A stretch of 61,172 bases of DNA, filler included. It is 8 parts of 8 records of this genome, joined end to end, with 100 filler letters (N's around TTAATTAATTAA, not from the genome) between each part and the next. Parts side by side here need not be neighbours in the genome. Positions count along the whole stretch, not along the records: positions 15,118 to 26,980 come from SRR15195285_651; positions 27,081 to 30,951 come from SRR15195285_654; positions 31,052 to 36,986 come from SRR15195285_659; 5 more parts are not named here. The stretch is one strand, 5' to 3'. Of the stretch, positions 20,823 to 31,052 are shown piece after piece. Each line of letters starts with the position of its first letter. The first letter of the stretch is position 1. A model generated the notes under the pieces. It saw only the letters and a program-made list of their open reading frames with translations. It did not search any database and had not been told where the DNA came from. A program made the translations under genes and the position numbers.

Positions 20823-22436
20823 CTACGCACCGTCCGCCTCTCGACCTTTGTCCAACTCTGCAATCATCTCTATCGTGAGGCCGTCCTCACCAAGTCCCGC
20901 TGGTCCCGACGCACCCTCCCTCAGTATGTCATATGCATTGAGCACTCCTTCAACGACTGGCCGGCCTTCCTCCCATGCTCGCATTTTACCTGGATTCAGT
21001 AAACCAGCAGGATCGTTCTGTGTTTTGAAGTCGAGCTGCACCTGGTCGGTCTGTTTCATCCCACCATCCTCCAGCACAAAGGTATGTGGGTTGAATATCG
21101 GAGCTCCCATGGAGTTATGTCCAGCAATTAGCTCGTCGAGGCGCTCCTTGGAGGTCCACTTCACGAGTGGAAGACCGAAAGCACTCACACGTCCTCCGAG
21201 ACGCAGCCATTCAACGTGCGTCATGACCTCGTAGTCATTCTCTGCGCCGCCGTACGTTTCCTCCAATTCGAGCACTCCTGCCAATGTGTCGTCAGCATAG
21301 CCACACTGCAAGTACGTGATGCGTTCGTCTTTGCGGAGTGCCCGGAGGGTGGTGTGGTTCCACGCCCATTCGTACAGTGGGTGGCTGTTGCCGCCGCCTT
21401 CGCCACGAGGCTCGCCCGCGCGATAGTCGCACTGCATCACACCGCCGTGCTGGGCGCTCAGTGCTGCCACCGCCTCGACCGAGGCTGCCCCGATCGTCAT
21501 GAGATTAATTGCGCCGCAAGCAGCAACAGCACTAGCGTCACCACCAGCGGATGCGATCTCGCGAGAAAGGCCCTCGAAACCAGGCAGTGCAGGAATAGGC
21601 GCGCCGAGGGTGCAGACTTGTCGCTTTGCGATAGCGGGAGACTCGCTAAGCGCCACTGCCGCAGCTCCCGCAGAGGCTAGATCTGGGAACGTGACAGCCA
21701 CTTCCTTCCAGCTCTGTGCCGGTGCCAGCGGCAGCTCCACTGCGACAATAATGCCGTTGGTGCCGTAGGCGTGAATCGCCCCCATCGCTTCCTCGCCCCG
21801 GAGCTCTAGTACTCGCGGCTCTTTCTCCATAGTCACTACCCGCAGCGCCGTGACGTTGCCTGGATCGCGCAGCACCCCGTAGTTGATGGAGCCGACGCCG
21901 CAGCTGCCACCCGCGACAAAGCCGCCAATGGTCGCCTGCGCCACTGTGCTCGGGTAAAAGCGCAGCTCCAGACCGTGCTGCTCACGCAGCTGGTTCTCCA
22001 TCGAGCCCATGAGCTGTCCGGCCGCCGCGAGCGCTACGCCGTCGCCGACCATCTCGAAACCCTGCATATCCTTCAGGTCCAGCACCACACCGCCGCGCAG
22101 GGGCACCGCCTGCCCGTAGTTTCCCGTCCCTGCGCCGCGGGGCGTGACTGGCACACCGAGATCGTAGCACTCGCGCAGCACCGCGACCACTTCATCCTCG
22201 TTCTTTGGGGACACGATGATGTCCGCTTTTAGGCCCTGCAGTGTGCTGCGGAGCACCGGCGAGTACCAGTAGTAGTCCTGGCTTCGAGCCTTTACCCTCC
22301 CGGGCTTGCTCGATGTCGCGATACCCAGTGGCTCGAGCCTCTCTGTGACCGCCGCGGCGCAAGACGTCGACAGCTGCAGTCGACCTCGGCGCGTCGGCGA
22401 TCCGAACGACCGACTGCACAGCCGCCGCGGCAGCAT
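20823..22436 (-). CDS. FAD-binding oxidoreductase (VAO/PCMH flavoprotein family) with a mitochondrial-type presequence
   Basis: Motifs SQDYYWYSPVL, VTPRGAGTGNYGQAVPLRGGVVLD, ATIGGFVAGG, HAYGTNGII, DPAGLLNPGK. The N-terminus MLPRRLCSRSF is Arg/Ser-rich and acid-free. Confidence 0.9.
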   Translation of the reverse strand: MLPRRLCSRSFGSPTRRGRLQLSTSCAAAVTERLEPLGIATSSKPGRVKARSQDYYWYSPVLRSTLQGLKADIIVSPKNEDEVVAVLRECYDLGVPVTPRGAGTGNYGQAVPLRGGVVLDLKDMQGFEMVGDGVALAAAGQLMGSMENQLREQHGLELRFYPSTVAQATIGGFVAGGSCGVGSINYGVLRDPGNVTALRVVTMEKEPRVLELRGEEAMGAIHAYGTNGIIVAVELPLAPAQSWKEVAVTFPDLASAGAAAVALSESPAIAKRQVCTLGAPIPALPGFEGLSREIASAGGDASAVAACGAINLMTIGAASVEAVAALSAQHGGVMQCDYRAGEPRGEGGGNSHPLYEWAWNHTTLRALRKDERITYLQCGYADDTLAGVLELEETYGGAENDYEVMTHVEWLRLGGRVSAFGLPLVKWTSKERLDELIAGHNSMGAPIFNPHTFVLEDGGMKQTDQVQLDFKTQNDPAGLLNPGKMRAWEEGRPVVEGVLNAYDILREGASGPAGLGEDGLTIEMIAELDKGREADGA

Positions 22437-23145
22437 CTGATCACCAGCACCAGCACCACAGCCCGCTGCCTTGCCCGCCCAGGGTTGCTTTCCCTATCCG
22501 ATATCCCTGTAGGATTGAGCGGCGCTGCCAGAGGGCGCACAGCAGGGAGCAGCCTGTCGCGCGAGCGACCGTGACGGAGGCGGCTTTTTCGATGCTCTAC
22601 TACGTACTAGTAGCTAGTGCGGACACTATTGGCTATCGATTAGGTTAGCCTTTACTGTAGCGCGTGCGCGATGGTACACGGTGTGTCGACACACAGAAGT
22701 GCCGTACTCAGAGTACTATCAATAGTACCAGGGCGGCAGCGATGAGTTGAGATCGATGAGATCAGCATCGAGCATGAGCATCGCCGCTAGTAGGGCCGGA
22801 CGTACGGGGTTTGTAAGTACGCTTTACGGAGATCTCAGGCGGACGTCTTGATCAATCGAGAGAGCCATTCGCCATTGGACACATCAGCAATATATCGAAT
22901 ATACGGTCACCCCCCCGGGCGGGGAGCAGTCGCCGGAACACGCGCGGGTTGCATGCATGCGCCGCGCGCGCGCGTCCACGCGCGTGACGGACGTCGCCGA
23001 GCCCGGCGGGGCGGAGCTGCGTCGGGGCCCGACGGCAGCGCGGCCCAGTGCCGCACTGCGTGCACGAATCGCAGGCTCGCGCTCGCGCTGACAGGGCCCG
23101 GCCGGGCTCGTGTCCCACCGCAACTCAAAGTGGCATTGGCGGCAG

Positions 23146-26100
23146 ATGGCCGGCGGCAGCTGCTGCATGGCTCGGGATCGCTCGCGCTGCCTCAGGATGG
23201 CGCTGGTGGAGGCGTCGCTCAGCCTGCTGCTATTCAGTGCGGTGTGGCTGCAGCCTGCTGCAGGGGGCGCTGAGACGCCTTCATCGATGAAGAGGTGCAA
23301 CAAGGGGCGGCGCGCCACCACGGAGTGCTTCTTCGCGGCTGGTACTTCGGAGACACTCGCGGAATACGTCGACGTATTTGTCGATGAGGGTTTTGAAACG
23401 TGCGTGAGCTGCTCTCGGACCTAGCTGTCCTCGAGCCCTTGTGCTTGAGTCGCCTGTTCGATGGGTCTCTACTCAGTAGACTGGAATGTGGTTCTGCTTC
23501 GTAAACTGTATAGTGCGAATGACTTTATCGAAAACAAGCTGTCCGAGGAGGACTTCGAGAGCCTGGGGATTGAGGATGCAGCTGCCGTAAAGGAGATCCA
23601 GACCATGGTCGAGGCGCTGGCCAACCCGCAGCCACCTCCGCCGGCCAAGGCATACCACCGTCACCTTGCTCCGGAACTCATCGAAGCAGTTAAGGCAGGC
23701 GAGATTGCCGAGATGAAGCGGTTGCTGGGGATAGTACGCCATCGCCACATCTCCTGCTACCACAGACTGTCTGCGCCGTTGTATGCATAGGTGGAGCTTT
23801 AGTGGCCCACGTTCGTTGATCCTGACGTGTACTTGCCATAGCGCGCTGGGCCGCTTTCCTCACAGTGCAGCCCTGCAGCTGGTCGACGACCTTAGTACCA
23901 TCAGGTCGCTAGACATTGCCACCGCTGTTTTCTTTTACTAGATACACGTTTGCACGCTCATGTGGTCGGTAGGGCGCAAGTCCGAATCACAAAGTGCTGA
24001 CCGGTGCCGAGGGCTCCTTACGTTGGTCTGCAGTGCGCTGGGCCGCCATGAAGGGCTCAAACGCAACATCTGTAGAGGCAAGTTCCATATATTGTCGGCG
24101 CTTTCTATCGGCGTGTTGGCTTCGTGGGCACTAAGACGGTGTGGTGAACGGACCGCAGGAATTGGAAAGCCATTCGCTGCTGGAAAATGGTGTAGAGGTG
24201 CTGAAGGTGCTACTGGAGCACGGCGGAGACGTCGACCAGACCGACGAGGCTGGAAAAACTGCCCTGCACACAGGTAAGACTTAGTTTTCGCCTCTGTGCT
24301 AGGTACACTGTACGTTCAAAGAGTTTCTGGTACCAGGTAGAGTATCGATTGATTGCATAAACTTGAAACTTGGTTTGCTACGGCGCGGCAGCGTGTTTCT
24401 TTGGCGAGTCGCATCGAGACATCATCGAGACATTGCTTGAAGCGGGAGCAGAGTGAGACCATCCTACCCGATTCCGCTTGCTATTGGTGCTGGTTGTTTC
24501 GTTTTCATTTGTCCTCAGCTGAAGATTCAGCGGTACTTGGTCTGTGCGAGTAGGACTGATATCGTCGGAAGCGACGGTTTTGCACCGCTGCACTCAGCGG
24601 CAAAGCAAAACAGTGTAGGGATCCCAACACTGCTCGAGGAGTATGGCGCGGAGATAGTGAGTAGTGTTCGTGGCTTGCGCCTTTGTCCGCAACTACCAGC
24701 GGGTAAAGGTACACCGATAATCTGTTGCACTCATGCATTTGTGCGCATGTTTGCTCACGGTAGAACCTTGGCGACAACTACGACATGACTCCGCTCTTCA
24801 TCGCCTCAGAACATCAGCTAACCAAGATGGTGCTGGAATTGTTAAAGCTAGGAGCGGACCCGAACTATGTACGCAAAGCAATGGATGTATGCGCGCCAGT
24901 GGTTGGTTGCCCTCGTCATGATGGCCCTGACAATATTGAAACCAATGCCGTAACTCTCAGGGTCTGGAGTTGGATGTCGTCCAGCCTAGAGTTCACTTGC
25001 TCAAGGGAATGACACCCCTTATGGTCGCAGTGACACCGATCAACAACAATGTGAACTCTGCCACACTTGCAACGGTACGACGCTAGACCACGCCACAGCC
25101 CAGCACGAACAGAACTGAGTCGAATCAGTCTTTGTCATAGCTATTTTCTGTCTTTGCACGTGCTCTTATCCGAATAGGTCGACGCGCTACTCGATGGTGG
25201 TGCGGACCCGTGTTTACTCCGTTCAACAGTTGTTGATTTCTGAACGTCCACAGCTGCGAGACGTGTCCCATCATACAAATGTTACGTGGAGCAGGTATCA
25301 GACAGATGGCGAGGGTATGACTGTGTTCGACCGCAGTCGCTGTGATAAGGGTGCTGGTTGGCTAAAAACAGACGAAATGCGGTCAGAGTTTCGCAAGGTC
25401 TGCAAGCGATTGGACGAAGCCAAGGACGAAGCATTGGGTGCGAACATGCGTTCACACGTGCAAAATATCATTTGCATATGTTGCGGCTCGACCGTCTCGT
25501 TGTGAGCGTCCTGTTTCTGAATCTCTGACTGGGCGCACACTCGCCCGGTCACGTACGAAACGTCACCATGCCTGAAAAAAATGGCCTGCCTGCCTGCCGA
25601 CTGTCGGTGGCTCTATTCTTCACTCTGACTATCTGCCTGGTCGCTGCAGAAAACAAAATCATGAAAACCGAGGTCGCACAGCTTTTCTCTGAGCGCCTAG
25701 GCAAAATGGAGTGAGATCTTTGCCTTCAAGCAACAAATTGCTGTTGCAGCTTGCATCGCCCGTACGAGTATGTTGGTGTGCGCGATCACGCCCAGGCATG
25801 GTGCACGCGCGTGTGCGCAGCTATCGGCGTCTTTTCTACCACAACGGTTTCATCAACGTTACAGACTTAAAGATCATTAGGAATGAGATGGACCTACTAG
25901 TGAGGCGGAATGTTTGCACCGTTCAGGCAGCTGGAGAAGCAAGGAAGAAACTGATTGCAACGTTCTTAGACGTACGCACCTGGTGGTGTTCGTTGTTCGC
26001 AGGACCTTGGTGTCCGTAAACACATACAGGCGTTCAAATTAATGAAGATCATCCGTGAGACGGACCCTGAGCACTGGGACAAATTGGAGGCAGCAGGTGA

Positions 26101-26227
26101 CTTGCCAGAAGTGGACATCACGAGTGAGCTACCATCACGCATTGCCTACCAATTTTTAGTTCTTGACATGTGTCAGCTCTTGATTCGTGACAGAATTTCC
26201 ACAAATGGAGCTTGGCAGTCGAATTGA
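23146..26227 (+). CDS. Intron-rich ankyrin-repeat protein with SAM-like domains and a probable signal peptide
   Basis: Exon fragments: LAEYVDVFVDEGFE / LSEEDFESLGI (SAM-like); GFAPLHSAAK, MTPLFIASEHQLTKMVLELLKLGADPN (ankyrin); YRRLFYHNGF (second SAM-like). Many gtgcgt/gtacg/gtaag donors. Exact exon boundaries are uncertain. Confidence 0.65.
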
Positions 26228-26476
26228 CGAGACCGCGGCGGGCAAGGTCAAGTCCAAGAGGGGCACCAAACTGTGTGCAGGCCACGTCCACTTGCCATGA
26301 CTGCATAGCAGTGCATTTCAGCAAAGTACAACGTTTGGCAGTCGTGTTAACCCTCGTTGTTTCACGCGGCATACAGGTACAAGCCGGCTGCGAAAGCAAA
26401 GCAAAAAGATGATCTGTGATGAATTTCACTCTCCCCACACACGGTTTCATCCGGCTCACATTCGGCTAACCCATCT

Positions 26477-26573
26477 GCATTGACACCGGGCAGAAGGCAG
26501 CCTTATGCCCGGCGTCATTGCTAGTTTAGGCCTTATGCGCGGTGCCTTATGCCCGGTGTCATTGCTAGTTTAG
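26477..26573. repeat. Combined inverted and direct repeat cluster
   Basis: Unit gccttatgcccgg(c/t)gtcattgctagtttag at 26500-26529 and 26544-26573, a partial copy at 26530-26543, and an inverted copy at 26477-26498. Confidence 0.85.
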
Positions 26574-26980
26574 ACGAGTACATGTACGAGGAGGTGGTGC
26601 TCAACTTGATGTTTTCGGCCGAAGCTTGTTGTTGACTATCCATCTCTACACTCCATTGGTATCGATAGCTAAATTACCCGGCTTTTGGATCCAAGGAGAA
26701 TCGCCTGGTCACACAACCTGGCCTTCTCGAATGCGATCGCCAACGTCTTCTATCCAGCTGTATTAGCGTGGGGTAGCCGCAAAAAAGGCGCTGAGTGGGC
26801 GTGTGGCCCCACCGGACTGCGAAAACCCGGTTGCATGTTCCTCCGCATGCGGGAATTCGCCTGGTGCTAGTTGCTCTAAAGGGTGCAAATTGCAACCAGA
26901 CATCATCACATGCTAAATTTGTATTCATTCAATGCACACTACAATTCATGTTTAAAGATGGACTTCCGGCGCTTGGGTAG

Positions 26981-27080
26981 NNNNNNNNNNNNNNNNNNNN
27001 NNNNNNNNNNNNNNNNNNNNNNNNTTAATTAATTAANNNNNNNNNNNNNNNNNNNNNNNNNNNNNNNNNNNNNNNNNNNN
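26981..27080. other. Artificial contig linker
   Basis: 44 N + TTAATTAATTAA + 44 N. Confidence 0.98.
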
Positions 27081-27178
27081 CCTGTCGCTTGAAGTAGGTG
27101 TTTTACAGTAGGATCCTACGACATCACTGCTGATACGCGATACTAGTATCTGAGCGAGTGAGCGTATATCGCGGTGCG

Positions 27179-29021
27179 ATGCAGAGGTTCGCGCGCGCAT
27201 CGATGGGCGCTGGTATGAAATCATCATGGGCAGCCGCAGCTGCTGCACTGCTACATGTACATGTGCTTCTCTCGATGACCGTCGCTGAGGAGCTGGGAAT
27301 CGGCGCACCAGCGAGCGACATCATCGCCGTTGATTCGGTGTCGGGCAACTTTGTGGACACACTTGGTCGGACACGGTTCTTTCGTGGGGTGAATGCCGTC
27401 AGCAAACTGCCCCCATTCCACCCAACGCTCAGCGGGTTTGACCCCGTCCACTCACTCAGCCGCATCGATGCCGAGGCGCTGCGGTCTTGGGGCTTCAACG
27501 TCGTTCGGCTCGGAGTGCTGTGGCAGGGTGTCATGCCGGAGCCAGGCGTGGTCAATGCCTCGTACCTCGATGCGATCGACGCGGTAGTTTCGACACTGGC
27601 AGATGCAGGCATCTATACGATTCTCGATGCGCACCAGGACTGCCTCGGGCGGCGGTTCTGCGGAGAGGGCCTGCCGGACTGGGTCATACTGAAGACTCTG
27701 AGGATTGCTGGCGTCAACGCCAGCGACCCGAAACAAGCGTTCCCGAAGCCGTTCCCATGGGATCTTGGTAGCGATCATGACGGCCTCCCTGATCTTGCAA
27801 AGTGCCAGTCACACAACTTCGTCGATTACTACAACACGGAGGTTTCCCTTGCAAGCTGGCGAGCCCTCTATTCGACCCGCGAGCTGTGGGATGACTTTGC
27901 TCAGCACTGGCAAACCGTAGCAAATCGATTCGCCGGGCAGTCTTTCGTCTTGGGATACGAGCTGCTTAATGAGTGCGTGCGCCCTCCTGCGCACATTTCT
28001 TCGCCGCAAAACATCTTCCACCCTTGCCTGTTTCGTCATCACGTCGTGCCGCGGTCTGTTCGTTTATTGGTCGTGCACAGACCGTGGGGGACTGGCTCGG
28101 ATGAACATGATCTGCTGCCCCTATACCGGCGCCTGCATGAATCGATCCGGCGTGTGGACAACCGCAAGATCATCATGTTTGAGCCTCATGTCATCCGTGG
28201 CCAGCTTGGAATTGCCACCGACCTGCCAAAGGTACGCAGTCCTATGCACCTCAGTGCACCAGCGAATCATTTGAACCAGCGTGACGAGCGCTACAGCTTG
28301 TGGCTGAGATCAGCGCTAAGCTTTCGCTACTCCCGTTGTTCAAATTCGAGGTGTATAGGGCTCCCCGGGCGGTGAGGCCTTCCAGGACAGGCAAGCGCTG
28401 TCCTACCACGTGTATTGTTTCAACAATACAAAAAAGATCCTTGAACCGATCTGTGACCTTGCGCTCGACCTCGCATGGAGTGCGAGTGACCGCTCCCGGA
28501 AGGCACTCGGCGGCGGGGCGATGATGACAGAGTTTGGAGCGGTCGGCAGCGACCCGGTGTCATTGCAGCTGCTTGGGACAGTGCTGGACGCAGCGGAGGA
28601 GCGATTGCAGAGCTGGGCGTACTGGAACTTCAAATCATACGACGACATCACAACTGCTGGCTCCCCTGCGAGTGAAGGTCTGTATAACCCAGACGGGAGT
28701 GTGCAGACGCAAAAAGTGCGTTTGCTCTCGCGGCCCTTTGCTACTGCGGTGGCAGGGCATCCTATCCGTTCGAAGTTTGACAGTCGCACGAACACGTACA
28801 CCCTCAGCTACAACATCACCGAGAAGCTACTCAATGCCACAACGGACATTTTCATCAATCGGGCGATGTACTATCCACGTGGGCACGAGATTCAGTTCTC
28901 GCCTGTTGGAGTCGACGCTCGAGCTGAGTCAATCTCGAACGATGGAGATCGAATTGTTGTGAAGCATGGACATATTCCCACAGGCACTATGCTGGAGGTG
29001 CGAGTGGTTTCTCGCCATTAG
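27179..29021 (+). CDS. Glycoside hydrolase family 5, endoglycoceramidase-like, secreted (3 exons)
   Basis: Motifs GRTRFFRGVNAV, WGFNVVRLG, LDAHQD, GEGLPDW, YELLNEP (acid/base Glu, after splicing), SYHVYC, MMTEFG (nucleophile), LSRPFATAVAG. Introns at 27973-28080 and 28232-28358. Confidence 0.9.
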
Positions 29022-29130
29022 CATTATCGCACAGGACTGTCCAGTACAATTCCATGAGTTTCATATCAGTGCAAAGGTCCATAAAATGAAGTGGAGACAG
29101 TCTAGCGGTACTCCATTGAGTTTCACCTCG

Positions 29131-30939
29131 TTAGCGCGATGAAGAGGACCGCGCCACGGATGCTGCCGCTCTGCGCTGCCCAAGCACCTCAAGGCCATCA
29201 GTGTCTCCAAACAATGCCTCAACTTGTTCAGTCACGCTCGTCTTTAGCGCATCCATCCGTTCCCGCAGCCACACGGACTGAGATTCAGGCGATCGCATCT
29301 GCAGAAGCTCTGTCTCTTCCTTGCATTCTGTCGTACGATTCGAGAATATTCGCGCGAATCGCGGCAGCAGGTCATCATTCAACATGCGTTGCAGCTGCTC
29401 ACGAGGGATGGTCGGCACTCCCGCCAGTTTTGTTCCGCCTTCAAAACTGATCTTGAGCCGTGGTGCGATCACGCAGAGTTTGACGCCATCTACTGCACTC
29501 TCTAGCCGCTTCGTCCACATTTCATCGAGAGCAAGCAATTCCTGCTCTAGCTCAGTGATCCGCGTGTCTCGCCGCAGAATCGTGGACTCAGCCTTCTTGA
29601 ACCGATTGAGGATCAAATCCCGAGCATCTGTTAGTTCCTCTACGGTGCCGGTGAGTCGTGCGTTTTTGTCGCGCTCCTCCCTGAGCCGTTGCCTGAGCAG
29701 GTCCAGATCACCCACCTGACGCAACTGTTCCTCCAATTGCATGAGCTTCTCTTTAAGCCGCAACAGCTCCGCGTAGTCGTTCCAGATCGGAACATCTCCA
29801 CGCGTCACAGTCCCTACCACTGCATCACACCCTACATCGACCCTGGTTGCTGCAGCAGCGACGTGGCGATCGTGAAACTCCCTGAGCCTAGCCAGCTCGT
29901 CCCGCTGCGCGTCAAGCTGTGCCTGCAGAGCTGCCATCTGTGCTCGCAAGCTCGAATTCGCATCCTCCAACTCCTTTACTCTCTTGCGCAAGCTGTCAAT
30001 AGTCATTTGCAGCATTGCATTTTTCATGCGCAGATGGACACATTCTTTGTTCCGCATGTCGAGCTCCCGTCGCAGGGCCGCAATCAGATCCTGCAGCTCT
30101 AACAGGTGCTTCTCCATTGCCGCCTCTCTCAATCCGCCGTCACCTCGGATGTTCTGCCAAGCGCCTTCGGTCGCGTCTCGGGTGACGAGATCCTTCGCGT
30201 CGCCTACCAGGAGTGACAGGGCTTCACTGTCTGTCGACCATGCCCGCCCTAGGTTTACCATCCGATCGCGCGCTGTGGCTTCCTCAGAGCGCTGGTCCTG
30301 CCACAACGTATTAGCGGGAGCACGCTCCTGCGCAACTTCCGTGCGCGGGATTCGCATGGTGCGGCGGCCACTCGAGGTTTCAGTCGAGCGGAATTGTCCG
30401 CCTTTGAGTGGCTTCGCAGGAAGAGAGCGAGTCCGCTGCAGTGCGCTACGCAGCCTCCTGTTTTCTTCTGTCAGCGCCTCAGACAGAGCCGCTGCGTTGA
30501 GATGCTCGAAGGAACCCGGCATTGCGTCGCCAACAGGCGGGAGCTGGTTGTCGAGCAACAGAATTCCCTGTTCCCGCGTTTTCTCGCCTAGCATCTCCAG
30601 CTGACTCATTGTAAGCTCGACGCTCTGCTGCACGCCGCTTGTGCCGAGCACGCTTAGCTGCACGGGAGCAGCGCCACCGCTGCTTGCCGTGCGCGCCAGC
30701 CCTCCGCTCGAGGCCGGGCGCGCGCGGAGGCGCGAGCTCACCGTTCGCTCCACGCCTAGCGCTGTGGAGGAGTGTGAGCGCGACAAGCTACTCGTCGGCG
30801 AGGGCGGCGGTCGCGACTGCTGCTGCTGCTGCGGCAGCGCGTCCGTCAGCCCGCCGTCGTGCATCCGCATCATCATCGGCGGTCCAAGGGAACCCCGAAC
30901 GGAGCGCACGCAGTTGCTGCGCTCCAGGTCGATTCTCAC
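29131..30939 (-). CDS. Coiled-coil hypothetical protein
   Basis: About 600-aa ORF with long heptad-like E/L/R/Q runs. The true start is probably one of the MMMRM codons near 30870. Confidence 0.7.
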   Translation of the reverse strand: MRIDLERSNCVRSVRGSLGPPMMMRMHDGGLTDALPQQQQQSRPPPSPTSSLSRSHSSTALGVERTVSSRLRARPASSGGLARTASSGGAAPVQLSVLGTSGVQQSVELTMSQLEMLGEKTREQGILLLDNQLPPVGDAMPGSFEHLNAAALSEALTEENRRLRSALQRTRSLPAKPLKGGQFRSTETSSGRRTMRIPRTEVAQERAPANTLWQDQRSEEATARDRMVNLGRAWSTDSEALSLLVGDAKDLVTRDATEGAWQNIRGDGGLREAAMEKHLLELQDLIAALRRELDMRNKECVHLRMKNAMLQMTIDSLRKRVKELEDANSSLRAQMAALQAQLDAQRDELARLREFHDRHVAAAATRVDVGCDAVVGTVTRGDVPIWNDYAELLRLKEKLMQLEEQLRQVGDLDLLRQRLREERDKNARLTGTVEELTDARDLILNRFKKAESTILRRDTRITELEQELLALDEMWTKRLESAVDGVKLCVIAPRLKISFEGGTKLAGVPTIPREQLQRMLNDDLLPRFARIFSNRTTECKEETELLQMRSPESQSVWLRERMDALKTSVTEQVEALFGDTDGLEVLGQRRAAASVARSSSSR

Positions 30940-30951
30940 ATAGCGGCTACG

Positions 30952-31051
30952 NNNNNNNNNNNNNNNNNNNNNNNNNNNNNNNNNNNNNNNNNNNNTTAAT
31001 TAATTAANNNNNNNNNNNNNNNNNNNNNNNNNNNNNNNNNNNNNNNNNNNN
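30952..31051. other. Artificial contig linker
   Basis: 44 N + TTAATTAATTAA + 44 N. Confidence 0.98.
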
Positions 31052-31052
31052 G

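Noticed and set aside
1509-22436. A biosynthetic gene cluster linking the megasynthase with the MFS transporter, creatininase and oxidoreductase
   Set aside because: These genes lie on different contigs separated by linkers. The megasynthase contig shows only a convergent PA-domain fragment and no BurB-like methyltransferase or tailoring genes.
23110-26227. Pseudogene or stop-codon recoding to explain the fragmented ORFs
   Set aside because: The breaks coincide with GT...AG introns. The same pattern restores clean frames in the GH5, creatininase, TauD and bestrophin genes.
26500-26573. CRISPR array
   Set aside because: There are only two full 30-nt units, the intervening 14 nt is itself a partial repeat, there are no cas genes, and the context is eukaryotic.
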